NCBI GenBank assembly: GCA_002633005.1
Contig: NMRA01000234.1
Location: 183,535 to 247,534 of the forward strand
Origin: Phoronis australis
Lineage: Eukaryota > Animalia > Phoronida
DNA length: 64,000 nt
Direction: 5' to 3'
The notes beneath the pieces are model-generated. The model saw only the letters and a list, made by a program, of their open reading frames with translations. It had not been told where the DNA came from and searched no databases. Within the stretch, counting starts at the first letter, position 1, and every line of letters begins with the position of its first letter. Below are positions 12,001 through 24,700 of the stretch, in pieces. Both the position numbers and the translations under genes were made by a program.

Positions 12001-15000
12001 ACATTGCAGATCGGTTACTATGAAAAAGTTGGAAACCAGATAAACTTCGAAAAATTTGTAGCCAGCGACATTTATGCTTACGATAAGAATGACGATAAGG
12101 TTAAAATGCCAGTGTCGATATGCAACATCGTGTGTTACGCCTGCCACTATATTTTCCCTGTACCTACTACCGTTGCGCCAAAGACGACTCCACCAACAAC
12201 GACTCTTTCGACAAGTCCTGCGGCAACGAAAGCGCCAGTGCAGCGACAAGTGAGTGGTATTCGCGTTTACTTGAAGAGCGACGGAAGCAACGAGGTGGAC
12301 ACTGAAATTTGGGCAATAGTGATCTTGATCCTCGCAGGCTTGGGCATTGTTGTTGCCATTTTCTTTGAATTCTACATTTTTTCAAAACTGTTGGGAACAC
12401 CACTGGCGCAATTCCGAACCTTGTGGCTTGGTCAAGTTCTTTTATTAGGCATCATCCTTTGTTACCTTGTGTGTATTGCTTTCGCTTTTGAACCCACTGA
12501 AGCCATTTGTGGAATCACTCGCTTCGGAACTGGTGTCTCTTATGCTCTTTGTTTCTCTGTGCTTGTCGTCAAAGGTATCATAATTCTAAGTTCAAAAACC
12601 GAAGGATATCTTAGAGGTGTATATCAACTCCTTCTACTCTTTTTCGCCTGGTTGGTTCAAATTGTCATTGATGCCGAGTGGCTTATTCTAGATCCACCTT
12701 CAGCTAGTTTTAATGCGTCACGTGGTATTTACACGTGCAGTCACACTTTTGAGGGTCATCTTATATCCTTGGTCTACGTGATGTTCTTAATTCTCGTCGG
12801 TACTTTGATAGCCGCGCGGACACACGGTATCATAACCAACCACCGTGAAGGAATATTTATTGGCATCGCTGCTGGATTTAGTATTCCCTTGTGGTTGGCA
12901 TGGACGCTCACAGGTTCTCTGCACTGGAACGAGAACTTTGAGGATCCTGTTATTGCCTATGGTCTGTTCCTGAATGCTACGCTGATCCTCTTTGCCCTCT
13001 TTTTGCCCAAAGTCCGACAACTGAACACATTGGGTGTAGAGGGCATCTATCTCGAAGATGACGTCCCCGACGACGTCTACGGTGGTAACGTGGTAATGGC
13101 CCCGTCACTGTACAAAGGGAAGCAGGAATCCATCTACGTCAATGGAGGAGCCCCTGGAGTCTACCAAGAGTTGCCTCCTGGGCTGTATTCCAATGATCCC
13201 AGTGAGTAGTGCAGACTTATTCTGTTCGTAAAAGTTTTGAGTAACTGTTATTTATACGCCCACAAAGCAACTACTGGCCAGAGGTAGCCTATCTACTTTA
13301 AGTTTATATAAATAGTTGTTAGTAGACAAAATTTAATGAACTAGATCCTACTCAATGCCTAACCGGCGCAGTGATTACTTACTTACTAATACGTTACTCA
13401 AAAATTCTCCACGTTTATTTTATTTTGTTATCAAGAAAATATCCCTGACCCTTCATTTCTTGTGGGGGTTGAATCAACGTACGCAGGATTATAATAGACA
13501 AAATGTGCCTATTTTAAAAATATCTTTCAACAAATGAGTCTATGTTTTAACTTGCAAAAACGAACGAAAGAGTTCCTTTGTTTTGATGAAATATTGATAC
13601 GCAACTTGACCATTTTGTATTAATTAGTTTTCAATCTCTGTGTAGCGAGAGATCTAATGTGCCGTTCATACTGGGTAATCGTCCATGACTTTTAGATGAA
13701 GGTTTTATAAATGTAATATAGAACATTTGGTATAATGAGGATTTCGTGTTCATTTCCATTCTTTTTACGAGCACCTAGCGCTTCGCTATTTATGTCATTT
13801 ATCCGTATTATTAGAAGGTGGAAGTAATAATTTTCTCATTTAACCATGACAGACGCTCGGTTATTAAGAATATCTTATTCGACTAATTGACGTAACCAGT
13901 CAGGGAGGACGCCACCTATATTGTCTCGTAATTTGTCTCCGTTGCATTTCAGAATCTCTTTATTTGAAACACCCCGGGAGTGTGAGAAGTGCCCCGCCGG
14001 TGCGTCCGCCAACTCGTGTGCTGACTGTAACTAACGATCTAACGGGTCGACCGTTGTCCGTTCATCGGAATACCGCCAAGGCTCAGTCGGAGATAGGATA
14101 CAGAGAGAGCGCACGTTTCGGCGACGGGAATAGCAGACATTCAAGTCGTATTGGCACCTTGAAAAGTAAATAATGAACTTTTTGCATGTCAGTGAAATTA
14201 GTGACAATGTGGGCCATAGGGGCACATATTAGGCGGGGGGGGGAGTTATCCCCAGATTCGGGCAAAAATATGAGCACCTTGGAGAAAACAAAACAAGCGA
14301 TACTTGTAGCGCAGCCCCTGTGGAAAAACACAGAGGAAAGACATTATAGACCTTGTGGCATTCCGATGTCACGCTAGTTGTGAGATTAAACTGCATTGAA
14401 CTATATTGTCTAAATAATCGTGGAGTCAAAAGACACAGAATTTAAAAGAGTGAATTTATCTTCAAACAGTTCAACTCATTCCTTATAACATGGGCGGCGC
14501 AGCACTGAAAAAAGTGGGGCTATAGGCCCCCTGTGGTGCACCTCCCATAACCCATGGGCGGCACAGCCCTGAAAAAGTGGGGGCTATAGCCTCCCAGCCC
14601 ACTATGGTGCGCCGTCCATGTATAAGCCCTTATCAAATCATAATTTGTCAAAAGCTGTGTGAAAAATACAATAGTCAAGCCCAGCAAACAGCTTGTCCAA
14701 TGGCGATCAACAAGCCGTTAATAACTCGTGGTCCACGGAAACAGTTGATGTGTTGGTCATCTTTTTGATGGAATCTATCATTTTGTTAAGAACTTCGACG
14801 AGACCGAAAAATTGGTGGGACATTTCTTTGATTTCATCTTCAGGCTTAAGTGTGTTATGCTGACATGAATAATGAAACACTTCTGAATTCATACAAATTC
14901 TAAGTAGGTATGACACACTAGGATACATCCATATCCTACGTCTATTTAGATTTCAGTGATCGACCCTCAGATAACAAATTTGCACAAAAATTTAAAAATA

Positions 15001-15152
15001 CATATTTCAAAGTCAACCATTTACTTTTTCTAGACTTTCACTCCATATTCAAGTCACGTAATTATGCAGAATTTTATATGTTCATGTGATCGTTTGACTT
15101 TTTCACTCACATTTCAGAATCGGGATCTACGTCAGACCTCGGCGCGTTATAA
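9029..15152 (+). CDS. Orphan class C GPCR (metabotropic glutamate receptor-like; Venus flytrap + 7TM), ~969 aa
   Basis: Exons: 9029-9034 (ATG AAG|GTGAGT), 10340-11803, 12010-13201, 13953-14165 and 15118-15152, with consistent phases (0,0,1,1). The signal peptide is MKLLVILVLLSSTVTV. VFT motifs include IGGLF, EAFFWAL, YFLRTVPSDARQ, LGWKHIQVV, YG, VCV, NTWNPSFKQYW..F.C and ADALVHG. A 7TM region has CGITRFGTGVSYALCFS.LVVK, NHREGIFIG, IPLWLAW and LFLPK. The two last exons are less certain. Confidence 0.9.
14483..14620. repeat. Short tandem duplication / MITE-like GC-rich element in a GPCR intron
   Basis: CATGGGCGGC.CAGC.CTGAAAAA.TGGGG(G)CTATAG occurs twice about 65 bp apart and ends in GCGCCGTCCATG, an inverted complement of the start. 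Confidence 0.55.
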
Positions 15153-15474
15153 AGAAGTGTAGAGGCTCAGTACGATGACACTATGACGACAATTATTCTT
15201 CTTCAGTCGCGTTGTTAAACGTTTGCAAATAATGTATCTACGTATCTATAGATACTAAGTGAAGGCTAGTTATAATTGTCATGTACAAAGCTAGTTTATA
15301 CTTTGTACTAATTGTGTGTTTAGTCTGAACAATGTCTCTTCTTTTAAATAATTGAACATTTGATATTATGCATTATCTTTTAGTAATTCAGCCTTGTGTA
15401 GAGTGTGTCTGCCTGCGACTTGTATAAATGCAGGCGTTTATCATGCAGTAACAGTTAGTGCCATTTTGCTAGAA

Positions 15475-15893
15475 CTGCTGTGCGTGAGCTTGGAATCCTG
15501 CTTAATCTCAAGATTAAGCGAAAGTGAGTGTTGCATGAACTTGGAATACTTGAGGAAACTTGACAAGTTCACTCAAATAATCACGTTCACGTGGACAAAA
15601 ATTTGCACTGCTCTAAACCCACTTATATGTTATTAAAATAACTTAACATTCAACTAATCTATTGGCGATCTTATTCGCCAGACAAGAATTGTTTTAACCA
15701 ATCACAAATTCCTCCTATTCTTTGACACAAGTTACGGTAAAGGAGAAAGTGAGTGTTTATAAGGCCAATAATTACAAAAATTCGTTACATTGAACAAAAA
15801 CATTTCACCTGATTGCCCAAATATATGTTCAATTCCAAGTTCACGTATACGCGATCTTGAGATTAAGCAGGATTCCAAGTTCACACACAGTAG
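15475..15893. mobile_element. MITE with ~37-bp terminal inverted repeats (family also at 63227-63640, with a remnant at ~17280-17360)
   Basis: CTGTGCGTGAGCTTGGAATCCTGCTTAATCTCAAGAT (15478-15514) is the near-perfect reverse complement of ATCTTGAGATTAAGCAGGATTCCAAGTTCACACACAG (15854-15890). Internal sub-repeats TGAACTTGGAAT are present. Confidence 0.85.
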
Positions 15894-18799
15894 AACCATG
15901 TTAAGGATGTAAGGCCAAGGAAAATATCACAGTTGGTTCTGGTCTTTGGTTTTTTAAAAGTTGATGCGGTTATGCAGTATTTTTACTTGCCCATGCAAAG
16001 AAAAAGTCGTCTGTTGCCAGCTTAAGTGTGTCGAACTCTTTTTACCCAGCGTCACCTGATGCCAATTGAAAAACCCATGAGGCTAAGGTTTCAAAAGGAA
16101 TCGGTCGCAGACCAAAGTAGAGATCGTACACGAAAGAATCTTTCTAAGGAAGCTAGTACTGTCTGATGTTTCGGTTGCTATATCTTGCGAGTTCTTGCTT
16201 TTGTCACGGGAAATTAGGTCCGTGATCGGGAACGCACGCCAAAATAAATTAGTGCTTTTTGGCCTGATGGTGATAATGTAAATACTGCACAATCTTTTAA
16301 GAAAATATTCCTCAACCAATGTCTATGTTATTGTCTGCTGGTGTTATTATTGACCAGCTTAGCTATGTTTATGCTGAATGTATACTAGTGTTGTTATGGC
16401 TTTTAAACCATGTAGTACTTAAAATTTCTTAATGTGATGTGTCATGTCAGAAAAAGGTGGTTTTTACACTTTTTGATTTACGAGAGGGGTATTATGCCTT
16501 TTGAAATCATTTTCATATTCTACGACACCGCTACTTTGCATTTGTAATTATTTTAATTTGCTGGAAAAAATTACAAATACGGCCCACCGTGTTTTGAGAA
16601 AATCATTATTTTTACAGCTTTTTGAATTTTTAATGCTGTGTCTGCATTCATAAGCTTCCGCCATGAAGCATTTTCAATTGTGTAAACTTGTATGTAATCA
16701 AAATACTACACTATACGATGAGCACCCTTACCTGCAGTGTGGCACGAACAGGACAATTGACGCACGTGCTATCACTTTGAAATTCAATTTCAAAAATTTC
16801 GTCGGGCTTTGGTCAAAACCAAACTCATCAGTTGAAAGCTCCAGGGTTCCTCAACGACTCAGCGTTTTATATGTTTTAATTTCAAAATAGTTTTAGCCTG
16901 GAAAAGGGAAGACGCTCAAATAAAAACAGTGAATTTGAAGCCTGTCTTTCTTCTGTTACTGAGAAGACTCTTAATTATTTCAATTGGAAGTACTAATAAA
17001 AGCAATGTCAAAAACTGCTTCAATGGCAATATACAATTGTACATTTTGAAAATTGATGGATGATTTGGGAAAGAACTTCATTTTGCGTACTTACGACCTT
17101 GGATATCAGGTCCCGGTCACGTTCGAAATTTAATAAATATTAGAAAACCAAAGTTGTTCAATTTACAGCAATAGATCGGAAAACATGTGTCGAACAAATT
17201 TCATACTTTCATTTTCAATACTTTTATTATTTTTTGGTTAAATTCCATGGTGTTTACCAAGTCCAACAAAAGGCAATATGTCGTGCGTGAACTCAGGATC
17301 TCGGCATGAACTTGGAATTCCAAGCTCAAGCACGTGATCTTGAGACCAAGCAAGCATTGGCAGCATTTGGTTTGTAAAGTAAGAAAATGATCGCCGTGCA
17401 AGAACATGAACTTCAATGCGAGTTTCTTTGCTGTACGTACTTTTTATAATATTTTTGCAAAATATGTTATTCTGGACTTCCCAGTTAATGGACAACCAGT
17501 GTTATATAGTTATCTGACTACTTAACTTAATGTGCCGTGTGGTCTTGGTGCAAAACACAGGCACCTTTATCAGCGGCTGATCAGGACCTTTTTATTAAAA
17601 TGCAGCAGAAAAAAGAAAGGTTCGTCCGCAGCAAAACAATGATATCAATAAAATGACCAAATTTCAAGGAAATGAATTTCACGGTGAAATCTCAAGAATA
17701 CTGATACAAAATTACTGTCATTTCGTTTTCGTTTAATGCAACTTCATTTATTGACGTTTTCAAAATCAAAAGTGATATTTTTTATATTAACCAATTAAGC
17801 CAAGGTTGAGCATTTAAAAAACAATTCCTAAAAGCCTGTGAAGAACAGAGTATACAGCATTGTATCTAAAAGTTTCACATGAATCCCACAAAATCGTTTT
17901 TATTATGATGTTCTCAAGTTTTCAAGAGTTAGTCATTTTTCCTGGGTCCTACATAACCTTGAAGACTGATTAATCGTCTCAGTAATGCCCAACTCGACAG
18001 AAGTCAGTATTAACAATAAGTTAAAATGAGAGTATTAAAATACATAAAGTACTAGATATCAATTACATATCAATCAAATAATTATTATTTCGTCTGTAAG
18101 GCTCACGGTACTGGTGCACCATACTTCTCCAACTAATTTTGGCTTTTAGGGGACAAATAATGTACCTGTAGCCTTCGATTTTCGTGTTGTGAATCTTGTA
18201 ATGTCTCTAGATGTTCTTGACATTGATATTTCTTGGATCGGGTTTTGGCCCCTAACAGGCAGGCTCTTCTTCCTCAAGGAAAGTGTCGTGTCAAGTATTC
18301 TGTGTAGAATTTTTCTAGTAATCCTCTTGATTTCGATTACGTTGCTCGAGTATATGGTCTGCGGTTGAATGACCAACTTGTTCTTCCACGGCGCGCCAGT
18401 TGACGTAACACATTTTACTATCGGGATTTCCCGTAGATAAGCCCACATGGGCGTGTATTCAGAAAATGAAAAATTTCAGGCGTTTCAATGACACTAAATA
18501 AACGTCCACAAGTTTATTCAGAAGGGGGGGGGGGGGTAACGGAAATGAGATAGTGATTACCAATGAAATTTGTCGTGTTGACTTTACAAATCGCTGCAGC
18601 CTGGAAGTCTAGCAGACATTCGCTGAAGAGTCACGGCCGGCAACTATCAGTGATATGCGCTTTCTCTGAGCACTAAGATCTATGCCGTCGTTTATGAAAG
18701 ATTTACTTGTCATGAGAGCGTCGACTGCACACGCGAAGGTGGCGGTTCGTCAATATCTGCGCTGAGGCTAATTTCACTGTACCGACTTGAAACGAACCT

Positions 18800-18907
18800 T
18801 TATTTACTTACTTACGTACTTACTTACTTACTAACTTACCTACTTACTTACTAACTTACCTACTTACTTACTTTCTTATTTACGAACTTAGTTACTTGTA
18901 CTTACCT
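18800..18907. repeat. Degenerate (TTAC)n microsatellite
   Basis: tttacttacttacgtacttacttacttactaacttacctacttactta... Confidence 0.9.
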
Positions 18908-19933
18908 CAGTGGCGGATCTAGGATATCACAAGGGGGGGGCCCAACATTTTGTCCGGCTGGAAGCATTTGCGCAAACTGAACCACGATTGTAGATGCGCA
19001 TAGCACCGAATGGGGGGAGGACGGGAGGGGGGTTTGCCCCCCTCCCGCCCAGGAAATTTTTCTGTTTTTACCTCTAAAAAATCAAGCATTTTCCTCGATT
19101 CCTGAAGTATTATCCAAGAAAAAAGGATATAAAAAAAACACGGAGAACGTGTCAAACAGGAAAAAAAAGCAAGTAGCGAAGACTCGTACTCACGACCTAA
19201 CGGGTTGAGCGCGCGCACGTTACCACTACACCACCACGATTCAACTACAACTGATATACTAAAAGACTTACTTGTTTATGGGCCACAGCGTTTGCGCGCG
19301 AAACCTACTTCTTTTTGTAATGCTTATTACACGTTTTATATTTTGTGCCATCAATTCTTAACAAATTTGTCGTATTTGAAATAGTCTTCAAATGCCCAAA
19401 AGACCAAATCCATTTTTCGTGTTGGCAATAATGACGGGATTGCTTTGGAAACCGTCTTAAGATAAGGTTTGACAAAGAGAGTATTGCGAGTTTCTGAGTG
19501 ATTCACTAAGGCTTCGATTAAAATTCACATCTTACCAGCAGCTTCTGTTTTTTCATCGTCACTCAGGTTCCACTTTCTTTAAAAAATGAAGTAAATTTTC
19601 TTCATTGCACAGTGGAGCAGACGACGGAAACGGAGTCGTAGTGCACAGCGCCGCTGCCGGTCGCCTAGGATATCGCCGGAGATTCTATACTTAGCCATAG
19701 TTCCGTTACGAATGCGCCGTGTTCCGAATTTGACACTTGAAATTGGATTTGAGCCCCCCCCTCCAACACTAAAACTCAGTGCACACATTTAAATCTTTTT
19801 TCATCCGTATAATTTTAATTACCGGGGTTAATTAATAAACTCACCATTTCCCTACGCTCTTACTGTTTTATTTTTTTGCGGCAGCCAAGGGGGGGGGGGC
19901 GGGCCCCCTGGTCCCCCCCTAAATCCGCCTATG
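18908..19933. mobile_element. Non-autonomous DNA transposon with G-run subtermini and composite interior
   Basis: Left end CAGTGGCGGATCTAGG and right end CCTAAATCCGCCTATG form an imperfect TIR pair. Both flanks read TTACCT, a possible TSD within the TTAC microsatellite. Confidence 0.6.
19161..19240 (-). pseudogene. tRNA-derived (SINE-head-like) sequence with a Pol III terminator
   Basis: The minus strand reads GTGGTGGTGTAGTGGTAACGTGCGCGCGCTCAACCCGTTAGGTCGTGAGTACGAGTCTTCGCTACTTGC-TTTTTTTT. It has an A-box TGGTGTAGTGG, a B-box-like GAGTACGAGTC (one mismatch to GTTCGA) and a T8 run. The acceptor and anticodon stems pair poorly, so it is not a functional tRNA. Confidence 0.55.
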
Positions 19934-20083
19934 TTACCTACCTATAGTCTTACTCAAAATGAGTCCCTTTTTCTCGCCGATAATGCCACTCTGAAGAGCC
20001 AAGACACTGAGTGGAAGATGGTATTGGTGTTAGGTTTGAGATTCTTTTCCGCGCGTAGAACAGAGATCCGACGGAATCCGTCT

Positions 20084-21241
20084 CAGTGGCGGATCTCCGT
20101 CTTCAGTAAGAGGAGAGGGGAGATTCGCGCGAATCCGAGGCTCGTAGCCTCGAACGGGACGGGGAGGTCGGGAGGGGGAAATCTTATGGTTTGAACACTT
20201 GAAACCCGAAGTTGTAACACCAAATAAACGCCCACGGTCCGACATGGCTGAGAAATTCCCAGCTGTCATGCTCGTCGTGGGTAGGAAGACTGTCACTGGT
20301 CAGTTGTTGAGTTCGGAATCAACTAGGCTCCTTCTGCGGGACTGAAACGGATATAAAGGAGACCTATTGAACACCGCACGAGTTCTGCAAGACTTGCTGA
20401 GAAAGTATACAGCCTACCTGTATAATATCTGGTACTGTAGGCCTACTGTTCGCGAATGCAGTCACCCCGTGTCAATGTTAGTGCCTCCTTCTGGAGTTCA
20501 TTCATATAGGCATAACGTACTACATCCGCACAATTCGTAACTGAACGCCGGGTACCCCGTTTTTTTAGTAAAAGGTCCAAATTCTCAAAAATTCGAACCC
20601 CTATTTTTAGGCTGGGTGCGCGCATGTGCTAGGTTGTTCCTTGAAACGGATTAGCGACCAAACGACAGCGCCTGCCACAACAGCCAAACAAATCTTTGGA
20701 AAACGAGTTGTTCGTTTTTTCCAAATAAACGCATTAAATGTACACTGTATGTTTATTGCGCAAGACAACTTTATTATACACCAGTTAAATTACAAACGGG
20801 TGGAGTGTAATATCACAACAAGGCATGACGGATGAGGTAAATTGCACGCCGATTCACCTGAATATCACTGAGTCTGCGACACGTTAGAGTAATTATCTAA
20901 AAAATCAGCTATAGAGTCTTTGCTGTTTTCGCGGTGGATCCATCTTAAGTGCTTGGCCACTTCAGAAGTGTCGACGTAAGCGCGCGAGTTGTCGATGAGT
21001 CACGAAAAATCGAAATGCGTTGACTTTCGTGATTACAGCACATCACAACGGAACGAAAGTTAGTTTTTTTCACTGAGTGTGGTGAACCCCTTCAGTTTTT
21101 TCAAGGTGGTTTACTTGGGGCTTACCCGCGCTGGCGGTGCTGTTTTCGTTTTGCTGGCGACGTTTTCTTTAGTTAATTGTTATTTTTTATCTTGCCCCAA
21201 GGGGGGATTAAACCCCTGAACCCCCCGTGGATCCACCACTA
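20084..21241. mobile_element. Non-autonomous DNA transposon, same terminal type (CAGTGGCGGATC...GATCCACCACT)
   Basis: CAGTGGCGGATCTCC at 20084 and CCCCCCGTGGATCCACCACTA ending at 21241, with G-rich subterminal segments. No clear TSD. Confidence 0.5.
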
Positions 21242-21718
21242 CACCGCACAAAGCCGAGGCCCCCTAGTGTGCCAGGCTTACTAAATGTTCCAAAATACGT
21301 TAATTTGGGTGCCTGAAGAAAATGATAGTTTCCAATAAAAACGTAAAATGTTATTTCGTCATCGGAAGTGCCAAATATGGTATACTGAGAAAGTAAAACG
21401 ACACTCCTAATTTTTAAACAGGGCAATGAAGTACCAATTTTATCAACTCACTGCTAGTCAACAATAGATGGCGTCGGTTCAGTCACACGATAACTGCTTC
21501 TCACAAATTACAGTAGATGACGCTGCTGATTATATCATAAATGGTACAAAACTGTGTTTTACCTACTGCTAAATATGTTACAATACACAAATAATCATAC
21601 AAATTTTATTTAAAATTATTATTTTTTAAATTTATTACTTTAAATGTTGTCAGTGTGTTCTTATTGACGATAATCGGAGTAATTTATATTAAAATCGTTA
21701 TGGAACAACTGTATAGTT

Positions 21719-24700
21719 ATGCTGGGAGAAGTTATTGAGATTATGTATTTTAGCCTACTCGATAGGTTGACTTGTAATGCTGTATTTTGCGGTTTCTTTG
21801 TTTTTTGTATGTTGATAGTTTTAGGAGATAGTGATCACTGTACAGTTTTGGCAGTGAAATATGACACCCGAGACAGCACTGCGGTAAGATTGAGTTGTTT
21901 GTGTGGCTAAGTTTAGCCACAGGCGTCCTCAGCTTCTGGTAGTCTCTCCAAGACTCCAAGTCCAATCAAATACAATATATATACTACACTACAGTGACAG
22001 TCTACAGACTACAGTAGTATATGTATATATAGTGTACTGGGGAGGATCAGAAACTGAGGACGCCTGTGAGTTTAGCCTGCCAGCTGCCGGAAGTATGAAG
22101 ACAGTCCTAAAAAATACAGCTCTACTTAGCCAGCCAGCTAGCTGTATGAAGACTGTCGTCAAAATACAGCTAGGTACCAGTGGCATTGCTACTACCACAG
22201 GCGTCCTCAGCTTCTGATCGTCCCCAATACACTATATAAATTGAGTTTTGTGTTTGCTATGGATGGCTCAAGTGAAGCACCCATGGAATTTCTAGTCCGG
22301 AGTGTCATACCTTGTAGTATTACATATAGTGTATTGGGGATGATCAGAAGCTGAGGACGCCTGTGGGTACCACTGTGTGTATTTCTTCCATAGACCCCGA
22401 AATTGCGCACAGCCAGGGTAGTTCTGCTTGTCACCTCGCCGTGAAACTTGTATCAACATGTAAAGCTAAAGACCGGACGAGGTGCATGCAAAATCTGGGA
22501 ATGAACCGACACTCACCTTGCCCGTTACAGCCGTTTAAGTGAAAAACAATGCATTAAACGTATTTTCTTGTGTAACTCTCGCCTTTTCTAACAATGAAAT
22601 GTATGTCGTCGTTTTGAAAACAGTGTGCTCGTGTCACGTGCACGTGCCATTTCCTAAATTTTTGCGACATTTCTTGGGAGATAATGGTAGCTTGGCAGCA
22701 GCAAAATTTCTTCTGAAATTCGTCTTTTTGGTAATGAAGTGAAACCATTTCCGATAATTTGTTGGGACGTGTATGCAACCTCATGAAAGAACAACAGTTG
22801 ATTGAAGAATTGGCGAAAAAAGAAACTGGCCAATGGGTGTTGCAATATTTCATGGGGCCGAAAGCCGTCTCTAACGATCGCTCCACAACTTTAGCAGCAG
22901 AATAACGGTAGAACAACTCTTTTTCCAACACCGTTAAATAATTTAGGTTACTCACGGAAAACTGTAGTTTTTATTAACACTAATTTTGTGTCGGATTTTA
23001 TCTTACCACTTTTTTACCCACATCGGTGCAAAGTTGTATATTTGGTATACAGCTTTGTACCAAGGCTAACAGTATTGAGCTTGGAGCCCAGGTACAGGCA
23101 AGCGACCTAATTTTCCGACGTTTTGGCACATTTTGCATTATATTAATTAATTGGAAATACTATGGATTGCTGCAAATCCTTTACTGAAATAAAGACTTAC
23201 CTTTACGGAATAGTTCTGTTACTATATCTTGTCACCAAAAGCCACATTTATGTTCTGAAGAAGAATCTGCAAGAAACGAAACTGGCCAATAGGTGACGCA
23301 ATATTTCATGGCACTGAAAGCTGACGCAGAAGATCGCTCCATGACTTTAGCAGCAGAATAACAGTAGAACACCAATTTTCAAAAACCAGAAAATAAGTTT
23401 ATTTACTCAAATAAGTGTGTAGTTTTTAATGACACTAATTTTGTGTCATATTTTAGCTGGTCTTTTTTTACTCACATCAGTGCAAAGCTGTATATTTAGT
23501 ATACAGCTTTGTACCAAGGCTACAATAGACCTCGAAATTTCACACATCCTGGGTTGTTCTGCTCATCACTTCGTCGTGAAACTTACATTAACATGAAGAG
23601 CTAATGACTGGCGGGGTGTATGGGAGTCAACTGACACCTTGCCCGTTGCAGCCGTTTAAGTGAAAATCAGTCTTATAAACGTCATTTTCTTGCAAAATTT
23701 GTTCTGAAATTTGGTTTGCTAAAAACTTATAACGAAATGAAAGCAGTTCCTATAATTTGTTGTGACATGTATGCAAACTCGTGGAAGAACACTTGGTTGA
23801 AGAATACACAAAAAAAGAAATTGGCCTGTAGGTGACACTATATTCTGTGGCGCTGAAAGCGCCGATGCTTAAAATCTCTCCACAACTTTAGCTGGAAAAT
23901 AACGATAGAACGCTTATTTTTCTAACACTGGTAAATAACTTAATTTGCTAAAGAAATTATGTAATTTTTTATGACAATTATCTTGTGTCAGATTTTATTT
24001 GGTCAGTTTTTTGCCCACATCGCCACAAAGCTGTACATTTAGTATAGCTTTGCAACAAAGCTAAGCTAAGTTTGACTTTGGCAAAGGCAATAGGCCCCAC
24101 CAGTGGCACAGTGCTTACACAATGTAATAAAATTTATTTTGCTGGGCTTTTGAATGGTGTCATTTAAAAGAAAATCGATCTAGAGACTTAAATTTTACAA
24201 GTGATAGACAGCCACTTGGGTCATGAAAGTGTGTAGCCACCAGCAACACCCCAACAACTCAATGTTTCCGCAAGCACGTCACTAGTAGTAATTTGATTTA
24301 ATTAAATTAAGGAATTGTTAATGGTACTCTGTTTCAAATTTTGCAACTTTTTCAAAAATGGCATGTTCCAGTCGTCTGCTGCCTTTGCTACTTCAGGTTA
24401 TTTCTATCTGCATTCAAAAAAAACAAGATTGTTTGCACGTGTGAGTCAGTAAAACAATATGGGATGCGCGCAGTGTAAGTTGTTTGCATCTGAAGCTTGA
24501 ACTGAATTCAATGTTTATAACAGGTGGAGCTGTTAAATATTTTTTCATGCAATGAAAATCGTAAAGGTGTTTGTGGGTACAGTTCATTCTCGATTTTTGG
24601 TACACTAATGCTAGTGGTTAAAGTAGGTGAGGAAGTTGATGGGAAAGTTTCATTTTTGAAGTAATAAAGATTTGAAGCAAAAATACATATGTTAAATAGT

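Noticed and set aside
11173-13020. Several minus-strand ORFs of 74-114 aa
   Set aside because: They are antisense shadows of the GPCR coding exons.
14800-14850. Minus-strand CTGAAGA-TGAAATCAAA-GAAA-TGTC as a hammerhead ribozyme
   Set aside because: Core-like words are present, but stems I-III cannot be paired convincingly.
18146-18448. 100-aa minus-strand ORF
   Set aside because: No recognisable domain and no phase-compatible neighbouring exons; probably chance or unrecognisable TE debris.
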